Assembly (NCBI RefSeq): GCF_004010195.1
Contig: NC_057718.1
Span: 33,191,940-33,224,265 of the forward strand
DNA: 32,326 bases
Direction: 5' to 3'
From: Chiloscyllium plagiosum
Taxonomy: Eukaryota
Shown one piece after another: positions 21,546 through 32,326 of this stretch. A model generated the notes under the pieces. It did no database searches. It was not told the origin of the DNA and saw only the letters and a list, made by a program, of their open reading frames with translations. A program made the translations under genes and the position numbers. Position 1 is the first letter of the stretch. Each line of letters opens with the position of its first letter.

Positions 21546-22320
21546 GAGCAGAGAAGGCTAAGGAGACTTGATTGAGGTGTTCACTCACGAATGGGTTTAA
21601 AGGAGGGAAACCAAATTTGTTTCTGGTGGGTGAAGAATTAATAGCTAGAGGGCACTGTTCTTTAAGGTGATTTGGTCAAAGAATCGGGAGACATGAGGAA
21701 AATCTAATGTGTGTGCTTGGAATTTCATAGATCATACAATCACTATGGTGTGGAAACAGGCCCTTCACTCCAAGACCACACCGATCCTCTGGAGAGTAAC
21801 CCACCCAGACCCATTCCCCTACTCTATTATCCTATATTTACCCCTGACTAATGCACCTAACCTACACATCCCAGAACACAGTGGGCAATTTCGCATGGCC
21901 AGTTCACCTAACATACACATCTTTAGATTGTGGGAGGAAACTGGAGCACCCAGAGACAGCCCACACAGACACTGGAAGAATGTGCAAACTCCACACACAG
22001 TCACCTGAGTTTGGAATTGAACCTGGGTAACTGGAACTGAGGTAGCAGTGCTAACCACTGAGCCACGGAGGTGTCCAAATTTGGAATTCACTAACTGAAA
22101 TGACACTGGAAACTTCCTGTAATGACTTTTGAAATGGAGCGGGATTAATATTTTGAAGGGTTTGGGGATGGGGGAAGGTGGGTGGGTGATGGTTGGTAGT
22201 GGGAAATTGCAGCCCTTCTGGTAGAAGGCGAAGGAGTTGGACCTAATCGTTTTGTTCTCTCAAATAGCGGATGCAAGCTTGATGGGCTGAGTGACTTCCT
22301 TCTATGTTGTGCTATGTTAT
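21545..22320 (+). mobile_element. Old CR1 3' end interrupted by a SINE
   Basis: CAGAGAAGGCTAAGGAGACTTGATTGAGG and CTAGAGGGCAC precede the SINE. TGGAATTCACTAACTGAA and GATGGGCTGAGTGACTTCCTTCT follow it. Confidence 0.6.
21726..22067 (-). mobile_element. tRNA-derived V-SINE (HE1-like)
   Basis: It is collinear with the SINE at 2902-3227 (TGGAAACAGGCCCTTC ... GCTAACCACTGAGCCAC). Confidence 0.88.
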
Positions 22321-23759
22321 GCTGTTCTGTTCATTTACAGTACTCCTTTAAACAAGCTTGACTGTCCACTCAGTGAAGAAAAATCTATTACCGCAGTCTG
22401 TGGTTGTCAAAGGTCATCTGTTCTGCAGTCTTTCTAAGCTGAGCTAAATGTAGCACTTGATGCAGAGAAAGCGAGTTTATATCTGCAGGTGTAATTGACT
22501 CTGGACACTTGGTAAATAACATGAGCTTCTAAAGAGTTTTTCATTTATGGAGGTAATTTCTATTGTTTAGACATAAAAGTATTGCATTTTGCAGAAGAAT
22601 TTAATATTCCATGTGATGGAACAAAAATCCCAGTTTCTTGCAAGGAAGATTTTTTAATCAAGGGTGATATCAACAACAGAATTGCAGTAAAAAATAATTT
22701 GCCTTTAATCCAATAAAGCGTTCATCGTATAATCCATCTTGCTTTAAGAAATGTTTTATGGGCCTTTCAGCTCCATAAGTGCTACCTTTTGCTATATTGT
22801 GGGAATGTTAAATGGAAATGAGCATGTTCAAAGATATATTTTGCCTTTTTGAAGAAAAGGCATGCACTTGAAGAATCCCTAAATTCATTCTCAAGTATCC
22901 AGTAATAATGTTGGTTTGACTTCTAATTTGTTCCGTGTAAACACATCATTTCAGAAACTGTTAGTACCTGGTCTGCTTACAGTTTGTTAGAATGTTGCCA
23001 TTTTTTTCTCAAGGGGAAGGACTTTGAAGTGTGTGTTGTCTGTTATTTGATTAACAATAATTTAATCTGTTTGGAGACGTTCCGACATGTACCTCCCATG
23101 GCGGTATAACTTGAGCCCAGACTTTCTGGCTAAGGGGAATTTACTACAAGACCGCCCCTGTACACACAGAGACCTTTTTATGACCTATGCTATGACCCTG
23201 TGACTGCCTGTGCGGTTGCTATAACTTGTTTGTCTTCCAATCACATTTCTCAATTGCCATGTTTAACTTAATTCCTATTTCTCTAGCAGCATTGTACCTC
23301 CTTTGTAGAATTGCTGTTAGCATCAAACATATGTATTTAAAAAAAAAAATCACCAATTTCATTTCTTCTCTCATCTTTTCCTTTGTATGATCTTGGAATA
23401 TGGAATTTCTCAGCTGTGCATTACTCTGAACAGTTTCATGATGATTCACTTGACTTTAGCTATGTTGACAGCAGTCTCTGTTACAGTAACCTTTTTAATC
23501 CTTTTCTTCTTTTCCTTGACCTTTGTAGCAATTGCAATGGTTTGCCCTTTAAGTCTCCTGCCATGCGATTCTGTGGAATTCTGTTTCACTTGTTACCTGT
23601 TCCACTGCAGCATAATGGAACAACTTTTCATTTTTCCTGACTTTTTTTTAACAGAAGCTTCCATTGTCAGCCAAAAAATGTGCTTGGTCCCTTTTTTGGC
23701 TTTCACATCAGCATGTTTTCCCCCTGAAAAGTGGGGCCAGCATTGCATTTGATCTTAAC

Positions 23760-24040
23760 TTTTTAACAATTAATTCATGAACTGTGGGTGCTGCTCACTA
23801 GGTTAGCATTTATTGCCCATCCCTAATTGCCCAGAAAGTTAAGAGTCAACCATATTGCTGTGGATCCATAATGACATGTTAGATCAGAAGTCAGATGGCA
23901 GATTTCCTTCCCCAAACACTTTGTTCCAGAATTTGTATTGAATTTGAGGTTTACTATTTGTTGTGGGATTGAAATCATATCCCCAGCACATTAGCTTGAG
24001 GTTCTAGGTTAATCGTCCAGTGACATTGTCACTGTCACTG
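23760..24040 (-). mobile_element. Degenerate Deu-domain SINE
   Basis: It is collinear with 8641-8973 (AGCATTTATTGCCCATCCCTAATTG, GAGTCAACCATATTG, GATGGCAGATTTCCTTCC). Confidence 0.65.
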
Positions 24041-24714
24041 AACCACGACCGAGAGGTAGAAAGTCCAAATGTGCTAATAGTTTGACAGTTGAAATGTGTT
24101 AGTATTATCACTTCAAGGGGCAAGTCAGATTTATACTTCCTTGCAAGCAGCTTTGGCAGATGCAACTTGAAAATTAAAATGAAATTGTGTAGATATTTGG
24201 AGAGGGTAGGATGAGGGGATTAAAATAGATTGCTTCAATTGAGCTAGTGCTGACCTAGGTATAATTAACTAACTGATTCCTCAAATATCTGATTATGCTT
24301 GTGTCCAGAAAATGGACCTAATCAGTTCAACCATGAACTTGAAGGGCCTCTGCAGGGATATGACATATCTTGTATTAATTTTAGAGAAACAAGGAAATTT
24401 GTATAGAACTGGGAAATGGCTCTCTTCAGGTATCATTCATGCACTGTTTCTTCTGTACAAATGGAGACATGTTGATGGGTCCAGAAAGCATGCAACAGAC
24501 CAGCATATTTTCTGACCAAAGGATTAAATGTTCTCAGAAGCTTAAGGGAGTTCTGCTTACCAATGCCACTCAAATTGCACTCTCATGGTTCAGAAATTCA
24601 CCTGTTGTGTAATGTCAGGAATTGATCACTGGAAACCAATAATGAAAGAACTTTATATTGAGAGAACTTTTCAAAAGTGCAAGTGCTCCTTAAGAATGAG
24701 GGTTAAGTGCGTAT

Positions 24715-25255
24715 TATGGAGTCAGTCCTGGAGCTCTACAGCAGAAGGAAAAGGTCCTTTGAAACAATTATGTCTCAGTCAAAACCAACCGCTGAATTAT
24801 TCTAAACCATTTTCCAAGACTTAGTCAATAGCTTTTAGACGCCTTTGGCATCACAAGTTCACATCTAAATGTTACTTAAATATCCTAAGGGTTTCTGCTT
24901 CTACCAGCCTTGCAGGCAGGCAGAGAGTTTCAGATTCCCAATACTATGGGTGCAACTTTGTTTTCTTTCCCTTCTCATCTCCTCTAAACCTTCTGTTATC
25001 TACTTGTGCCTTTAAATCTCTGCCTGTAGGTCTTTGATGCCTCCATCAAGAGGATGGATTTCTTCCTGCCTCCCCTATCTGTGCCCTCATAATTTTAGAC
25101 ATCTTAATCATGTTCCCCTTTAATCTCCTCTGCTCTGAAGAAAATAATTCCAGCCTATCTAATCTCTCTTCACAACTGAAACACTCCAGCCCTGGCAACA
25201 TCCTGGTAAATCTTATCCGCACCCTCTCCTGTGCAGTCACGTCCCTCTGTGCACA
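24715..25255 (-). mobile_element. CR1 LINE 3' fragment
   Basis: ORF 25046..25393 includes ERVRIRFTRMLPGLECFSCEERLDRLELFSSEQRRLKGNMI. Confidence 0.85.
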
Positions 25256-25811
25256 TTTCTGGAGTCCACAAATCTGTGGCTGCTCACTGAAGGAATGGAC
25301 TGAAATATTCTTAAAACGTTGGATTGCTGTATTTCTAGAATGACACTCCAGGTTTTTTTTAACAAACATTTGATTCCATTCCTTCAGTGACAAATTATAT
25401 AGCAGTTAGTTGTTTCCAGAAACAACACTGATACTGTTCTACAAAATCATAACATAGAAATTTCCGTAAAGGAGACTTAATCTATTGTGCCTGATCTGGC
25501 TCCACACTGGAGCTATCTATTCTAAGCACATTTCCCGGCTTTGCTGACTGTTTCATCAATTTCAGTAACAATTCAGAATTGAAAAACATAATTCTGTCCC
25601 ACCCACATTGTACTGTGTGTGCTGATAAAAACATAAGGTCTTTGATTTTTGGCAACACACAAGCTTTGTAGAATGAGCTGGTTCAGTGTTTTGAAATTAC
25701 TGTTTAATATGCTCAGTATCATTTCAGTATAGCAAAATTTGGAATAGATCTTTTGTTGAGTGAGAAATTATTATCAAAGTGAATTTGCATAGATTTGAAA
25801 GAAACCAATGC

Positions 25812-26090
25812 TATTTTTTTTAAAGTAATGCTCATGGAGTGTGGGTATTTCTGGCTGAGCCAGCATTTATTGCCCATTCCTCGATTCTCATTTGAGCAGG
25901 TGATGGTGGGCTGTATTCTTAAACTGCTGCAGTCCATAGATCTACAATGCCACCTGGGAAGGAAGTCCCAGGATTTTGAACCATAGGTATTGCAGGAACA
26001 GTGATTTCTTTGCCAGTCAGGATGATTGTGATATTCCCATGTATCTGTTGCCTTTGTCCTTCTAATGGAAGCAGTCATGAGTCTGGAAGG
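25812..26090 (-). mobile_element. 3' end of the second CR1-clade LINE family
   Basis: CCAGCATTTATTGCCCAT, AACTGCTGCAGTCCA and CCAGGATTTTGA are homologous to 26790-27070. Confidence 0.7.
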
Positions 26091-26789
26091 AAATGAGTGA
26101 ACAATAAAGATTGTCAGGAAGTAAATAGGTCTGCACTTGTGCAGCAGGTATCATCACTTTTCTTTCCTTGCTAGTTTAAAAGTAGGATGTAAAGCTATTA
26201 ACTTGAATGTATGGGAAAATTCTTCTGTTTTTTGTTATTTTAAAACAGAAGACTTTTTTTGTACAAGAACATTGAAACATTTGATTTTGTTCTAAAATAA
26301 ATTGGTTCTTGATGCTGTTTCTAAACTTTTTTTCTTTTTGACCATGTGTTTTTAAGACGACTGCAAACAATAGCATTTTTGGGAAATGGAACGCCAAGTA
26401 TCCGCAATCCTTTCCCCTCATCTCTATCACCTCTCCAAGAATGGATAACTGCATTGTTAATTTTATTCTTCTCCTCTTACTTCATTTTCTTTAAGCTTGT
26501 CTAAATGGCCTTTCCAGGCAGCAAAATTGACAGCGATCTTTATTATAGGTGGAGAGGTTGCGGTGGTCAGATGTAAACCAGGTCCTAGAAGTTGAAGGCC
26601 TGTGTCAAACACTGCACTGTCCCTGTTTTTTGTGTTCCCAAGAAACTGCTTGGGCTTGACTTTTTATATAAATTGTGTACTACAGATCATAAGATGACGT
26701 GATATCTCAATTTTAGTACAATTGAGTACATTACAAAATCTTAATATTTAAAAACTTAATTTTTAAAAAATATGAATATGATATCCTAT

Positions 26790-28795
26790 TTTTACTTAAT
26801 CATTCATGGGACATGGGTATCACTAGCTAGGCCAGCACCTTTCGTGCATCCCGAGATGTCCTTGAGAAGGTGGTGAGCTGCCACGTTGTAACGTTGTGGG
26901 TTTATTTAAATGAAGTGGTTTACAATGTGTTTATGGGAGTTGTTCCAGGATGTTGACCCAGCTACGCCAAAGGAACAGCAGTACATCTTCAAATCAAGCT
27001 GATGAGTTGCTTAGAGGGTGCTTGCAAGTGGTGCTGTTCCCATATATCTGCGGCTGTCCTTTTAGCTGGTGGGTGTGGAAAGGGCAGCCGAAGGAGCCTT
27101 GGTGAATTTCTGCTCTGCATCTTGTAGATGGTACACCTAGCTGCTTCTGAGCATCAGTTGGTGGAGGGAATGGATGGCAATGCATCCTCAAGCAGTCAAA
27201 TTGGCTGCTTTGTCCTGAATGGTGTTAAGCTGCTTGAATGTTGTTGGAACTACATTTATTGCGAGCAATGGGGAGTATTCCATCACGCTCGTGACATGCG
27301 TTTTGTACCATAGATTGGCTTTGGGGAGTCAGGAGGTGAATTCTATGCTATGGGTTTCTTAGCCCCTGACCTGTTTAGTAACGGCAATATTTATTTGGCT
27401 AGTTCAGTTTCTGGTTGATATCTCCAGGATATTGATGGTAGAGGATTTGGTGATGGCTGGATTTATTTTTGATCATTGCGCTTCTCTTTCTCTTCCACCC
27501 CTCCTCTACCCTCCCAACTTATGTGATATAAATGTTTCTTGTCTGCTGAGCCAGTGCTGCTAGATAGCATTGTTTATGACAACTTCCATCACCTCCAGTG
27601 ATCAAGAGTAGACTGAGTAGATAGGGCAGTAATTGGTTAGATTAGATTACACCCCACTCACCACCCCTCCCAACGCAACAAGGACAGAACCCCACAGTCC
27701 TCACCTTCCACCCCACTAACCTCTGCATACACCGTATCATCCTCCACCACTTCCGCCACCTCCCAAACAGACACCACCATCAGAGATATCTTTCCCTCCC
27801 CATCCCTATCAGTGTTCCGAAAAGACCTTTCTCTCCGTGACTCCCTCGTCAGGTTCAAATCCCCCCACCAGCCCACACCCACTCCTGGCACCTTTCCCTG
27901 CCACCGCAGGAAGTGTAAAGCCTGCACCCACACCACTCCCTTCACCTTCGTCCAAGGGATCCTTCTACATCTGTCAGAAATTCACCTGTAATTCTACCAA
28001 CGTCATCTACTGCATCCATTGCACCTAGTGTGGTCTCCTCTACATTGGGGAGACAAGATGCCGCCTTCTGGATTATTTCAGAGAACATCTCTGGGACACC
28101 CATCAACTCCACCACCCCATGGCTGAACACTTCAACTCGCTGTTCCAATCTGGCAAGGACATGCAGGTCCTGGGCCGCCTCCATCGCCAAACTGCTACTA
28201 CCTGGAGGAGGAAAGCCTCCTATTCTGCCTTGGGACCCTGCAACCACACAGGATAAGTGTGGATTTCAACAGCTTCATCATCTCCCTCCCCAGTATCCCA
28301 GTCCCAAGACTCCAACTCAGCACCACCCTCTGGAACTGTCCATCACTCCCCTTTCTGATCTATCACCTTCCCTCCACTTCATCCACCTATCTACCCAGCT
28401 ATTCCCTAGCTAACCCCCCCCCCCCCCCCCCCATTTATCTCTCACCCACAAGCCTCATTCCTGATGAAGGGCTTATTCCCAAAACATCAATTCTCCTGCT
28501 TCTCAGATGCTGCCTGACCTGTGTTTTACCAGCACCACACATTTACAGTCATCACTTTCTCAGATTAAATTTGTCCTGCCTTTCTGTTTACAGAACATGC
28601 CTGGACATGTTTCTACTTTGTCAGGTAGATGTCAGTGTGTGTAGTTGTACTGGAACAGCTTGGCTAGAGGCATGCCAAGTTCTGAAGGTTTTTAGTGTGA
28701 ATGCCAGAATGTTGTCAGGGCCCATAGCCTTTGCAGTATTCAGTGCCGCTAGCCATTTCTTGATATCACATATATGCTGCTGGGGACCTCCTGGA
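26790..28795 (-). mobile_element. Second-family CR1-clade LINE interrupted by a Penelope element
   Basis: It is an antisense homologue of 9600-9750 and 15434-16800. GGGCAGTAATTGG lies left of the insert, and TTTGTCCTGCC and GAATGTTGTCAGGGCCCATAGCCTTTGCAGT lie right of it. Confidence 0.75.
27649..28561 (+). mobile_element. 5'-truncated Penelope-like element with a decayed GIY-YIG endonuclease and a terminal repeat
   Basis: Translation across about 27960-28090 reads FYICQKFTCNSTNVIYCIHCT*CGLLYIGETRCRLLDYFREHL. It is followed by a pyrimidine tract and the core CTGATGAAGGGCTTATTCCCAAAACATC (28461-28488). A candidate TSD is AGATTAGATT/AGATTAAATT (27639-27648 and 28562-28571). Confidence 0.88.
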
Positions 28796-29089
28796 AGAGC
28801 TTAATCAGTAATTTCATATATTTTGAAGTATTTAAAATTTTGAATTGGCTAGATCAAATATCTTCTACAGCTATTGTTGAAAATAGATTTTTCTTAATCA
28901 AACTTTTCGTCTTTATTCATCAGGATGGAAACAAGATTAGCAAATTTCAAATAGTAACCATTTTAACTGCATAAGGAAGGTGTTAATCAGTTGGCAAGTG
29001 GACTCTTCCAAGGGAATTTATAATGGCAAACACAAAGAATAGCTATCTCAAGTTCTGTTAAATTGAAAAGGTTGCGTTGCCTGGACCAG

Positions 29090-30455
29090 TTTCTTTCAGT
29101 TATTTACAAATTACAACAATGAGTTAGATGAAGGGACTGAATATATTTGGTTAACTTTTTTAATTGAGTTGGGCCAAATGTGGCAGTTGGATAAAATGTG
29201 GGGAAAGTATGAACTGATCCACTTGGAAGGAAGAAGAGAAATTATTAAATATTATTTAAATACGAGATTAGATTAATTGTGGTTTGTCTTTCTTGTGGAG
29301 GGAGAGGGGAAAATGGTTGTGATGGATAAAGTTTGAGGGGCATAGATAAGATGGCCAGGAAGGAATGTTTCCCCTCAGTGGAAGTAGATTTAAAATAAAG
29401 CCAGGCGGTTTAGAGGAGAGTGAGAAAGCATTTATTCCCACTACTGTTTGGGTGAAAAATCTGGAATATGCTGCCTGTAAGATTAGATTAGATTACTTAA
29501 TTTAGTGTGGAAACAGGCCCTTCGGCCCAACAAGTCCACACCGACTCGCCGAAGCGCAACCCACCCAGACCCATTCCCCTACATTTACCCCTGCACCTAA
29601 CACTATGGGCAATTTAGCATGGCCAGTTCACCTGACCTGCGCATTTTTGGGCTGTGGGAGGAAACCGGAGCACCAGGAGGAAACCCACGCAGACACTGGG
29701 AGAATGTGCAAACTCCACACAGTCAGTTGCCTGAGGTGGGAATTGAACCCGGGTCTCTGGCGCTGTGAGGCAACAGTGCTAACCACTGTGCCACGGTTGG
29801 TATAGTTAGAAACTCTCAATCATTTAAGTATTTAAATGTACACTTGCAAATACCAAGGCACACAAGGCAATGAGACAAATGCTGAAAAATGGGATGAGAA
29901 TAGTTAAGTCTCTGTCAAAAGCAAGAATCTAATGGACGTTTCTGTGCTGCAGACTTCTGAATCTAACTGAGGTATGGGGGGACCAGAATGTTGCTTATTA
30001 AGAGAGGAATAGAATATTAATGTAGAGAAGGTATTCTGCTACAGTGGTATAGAGTATTGATGCTATATTTGGAGTACTGTTTACAATTTGTGACCTTACT
30101 TAATAAAGTAAGGTAGATACAGTAGAAACAATTCAGAAGATTAACACATACGATACCTGGATTTTGCAGGGGAGGTTTATCTTGTGAGGAAAGGTTGGGC
30201 AGGTTGGGCCTGTATCTGTTGTTTAGAAATATGAAATGATCTTATCGAACATAAGATCCTGAGGGACATGACAAGTTGGTGCTTACTGTCGGATAGAACC
30301 AGGGATATTGTTTACATGTAAGGATTCACCTATTCAAGACTGAAATGAAGTGAATACTGAGATTCACCAGCTGTTGGAATGCTCCCCCTAGAGTTTTTTG
30401 TGGAGGCTGAATTGTTAACCCCTTCGATGTATAGGTAGATTCTTGACTAACCAGG
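29090..30455 (+). mobile_element. Old degenerate CR1 fragments with nested insertions
   Basis: Decayed phrases include TTAGATGAAGGGACTGAA, GAGTTGGGCCAAATGTGGCAG, TTGGAGTACTGTTTACAATT and TGTGAGGAAAGGTTGGGCAGGTTGGGCCTGTA. Confidence 0.6.
29480..29794 (-). mobile_element. tRNA-derived V-SINE (HE1-like), young copy
   Basis: It is very similar to 2902-3227, with A and B boxes and a (TCTAA)n tail. Confidence 0.9.
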
Positions 30456-30457
30456 GG

Positions 30458-31138
30458 ATCATAGAATCCCTACGTGCAGAAAGAGGCCATTCAGCACATC
30501 AAATCTGCACCAATTCTTTTGAAAAGCATCCCACCCAGTCTCCAACCCCAACCACCCTATCTCCATAACCGCCCAATCACCATGGCTAATCCACCTAGTC
30601 TGCGTTCTTCTGAGCACCACGACAATTTAGCTTGGCTAATCAACCTGCAGAGAAAGCGAGAACTGCAGATGCTGGAGATCAAAGTTGAAAAGTGTGGTGC
30701 TGGAAAAGCACAGCCAGTCAGGCAGCATCTGAGGAGCAGGAGAGTCGACGTTTTGAGCATGAGCTTGAAACCCAGTGGCACGCCACTTCAAATTCTGCTA
30801 GCCTGGCTTGAAGTAGCTGCACAAGTCAGTTTGGTATCCACAGCCTGGGAAATATACTCCAATGCTGCAAGAAGGATCACAATTTCAAGTGCTCCCGTCT
30901 TCTCTCTGCTACCTCGCACCTCACCTTAACTTCCTAATGAAGAGCTCATGCTCAAAATGTCGACTCTCTTGCTCCTCGGATGCTGCCTCACCGGCTCTGC
31001 TTTTCCAGCACAATACTTTTCAACTCTAATCAACCTAACCTGCACATCTTTGGATGGTGGAAGGAAACCAAAGAACCTAGACGGAACCTACACTGTCACC
31101 ATAGCCTGGAATTGAACCCGGGTCCTGGCGCTGTGAGC
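30458..31138 (-). mobile_element. V-SINE split by a fold-back insertion
   Basis: CAATTTAGCTTGGCTAATCAACCT and AACCTGCACATCTTTGGA are contiguous SINE sequence once 30647-31036 is removed. Confidence 0.8.
30647..31025. mobile_element. Fold-back PLE terminal-repeat insertion carrying about 165 bp of cargo, with an 11-bp TSD
   Basis: CTAATCAACCT occurs at 30636-30646 and 31026-31036. The antisense arm is 30647-30765, the cargo is 30767-30931 and the sense arm is about 30932-31025. Confidence 0.88.
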
Positions 31139-31389
31139 TTCAACCAAATGACAATGTTTTCAGACTCCAAAGGGGGCGGTCCTCTGTCAGATCAAGGAGG
31201 ACTATAATGACAGGCTAGTCCCCCAACTGACCACTGAGGGAACATAATGATTAAGTACGAAGTGGAGAGGGCATAAATTGGTAGCAGTTTGGAGGGATGG
31301 CGTACATGAGAGCCATTGAGGGAAGATGCTGCATGCAATATTGTGGATAATAGACCATGAGCCTTGGTGGGACATAGGTGCAATGGCAG

Positions 31390-31555
31390 AGTTACGGTGA
31401 GGTGTGAGGTAGCAGAGAGAAGACTGTAGTACTTGAAATCACTGATCCTTCTTGCGGCATTGGAGTATATTCCCCAGGCTGTGGATACCAAACTGACCTG
31501 TTCAGCTGCTCCAAATCAGGTTGGCAGAATTTGAAGTGGTGTGAAATTGGGTTTC
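31390..31555. repeat. Inverted homologue of the cargo at 30767-30931
   Basis: Manual alignment gives about 22 differences in 166 columns (about 87% identity), including the exact block GTCAGTTTGGTATCCACAGCCTGGG. Confidence 0.92.
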
Positions 31556-32203
31556 TATCAGGTGCCCATGGCTTGAACATTGTAATGCCTCAGTAACAGT
31601 GAGCAATTCTAGCACTGCTGAACACAAGATTGTGGCCATGGTGCACACTAAATGAAGTGAATGTATTGCATGACAAAAGTTGCCAGGGCTCTTGGAGGAA
31701 AGCTTCCATGAGAGTCCTCAAAATTGACACTGTCTCTGAGTTGAGGTTTTCCTAAATTTAACCATTATAGGTCAGATTCTTAATGTCTGGCATTGGGAAA
31801 ATGCTGGAATCCATTGGTAAAGAGATAATAAAGGACCTTTAGAATATCAGTACAGTTAAGCAGGATCAAAATACAATTACAACCTTCTGTTGCAGAAATC
31901 TAGTTCCTTATTCTTTGGACTGATCAAGTACCCTTGACCCCAGATATGTTCTTGTCACTAGTACATTCGATAGATTTTACTTGAAAATGATGACTGATTC
32001 TGAATTTAGAATATTTGGTGGCAGGTTTTTTTCAAGGTAAGAACTAACTCCTGAAACATTACTGTTTGTACAAATACTGATTTGTAGGTGCACTTCCAGA
32101 GTGTAATTTGAATACACAAAGCATCGCTGAGTTGAATTATCAGCTGTTGATTAGATTTAAATAAATTGTTCGATAGTGTATAACTTGAGTATTGCTGACA
32201 GGT

Positions 32204-32326
32204 GGTAAAAACAATGACTGCAGATGCTGGAAACCAGATTCTGGATCAGTGGTGCTGGAAGAGCACAGCAATTCAGGCAGCATCCAACGAGCAGCAAAAT
32301 TGACGTTTCGGGCAAAAGCCCTTCAT
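32204..32326 (-). mobile_element. PLE terminal repeat (family A), truncated by the window end
   Basis: The minus strand reads ATGAAGGGCTTTTGCCCGAAACGTCAATTTT...CCAGCACCACTGATCCAGAATCTGGTTTCCAGCATCTGCAG, the same subfamily as 1-289. Confidence 0.8.

Noticed and set aside
23383..23752. Hydrophobic ORFs that look like membrane proteins
   Set aside because: They are explained by T-rich composition, have non-ATG starts and show no family motif.
28259..28804. Longest ORF in the window (181 aa)
   Set aside because: It spans a PLE pyrimidine tract, the terminal repeat and antisense LINE sequence, so it is a chimeric chance frame.
31987..32054. ATGATGA...CTGA as a C/D snoRNA
   Set aside because: There is no terminal stem and I recognised no rRNA guide.

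Overview
This is repeat-dense vertebrate non-coding DNA. It is most likely from a shark: it carries HE1/V-SINE-like and Deu-domain SINEs, several CR1-clade LINE families and Penelope-like elements (PLEs). I recognised no host protein-coding exon, and the informative ORFs in the track are decayed retroelement fragments. The most notable signal is a set of PLE terminal repeats from two families that carry a minimal hammerhead-ribozyme-like core (CTGANGA-A-stem II-GAA-4-nt palindrome-H). These repeats recur as short fold-back insertions with 9-14 bp target-site duplications (TSDs). One is a 99-bp near-perfect palindrome (12341-12544), and another (30647-31025) holds an inverted copy of about 165 bp of DNA lying about 350 bp downstream. 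There is also an isolated CpG-rich, motif-dense promoter-like island at about 21337-21545 and a multi-tier nest of LINEs at about 9050-16800. Boundaries of old repeats are approximate, and family names were assigned by eye without database searches.
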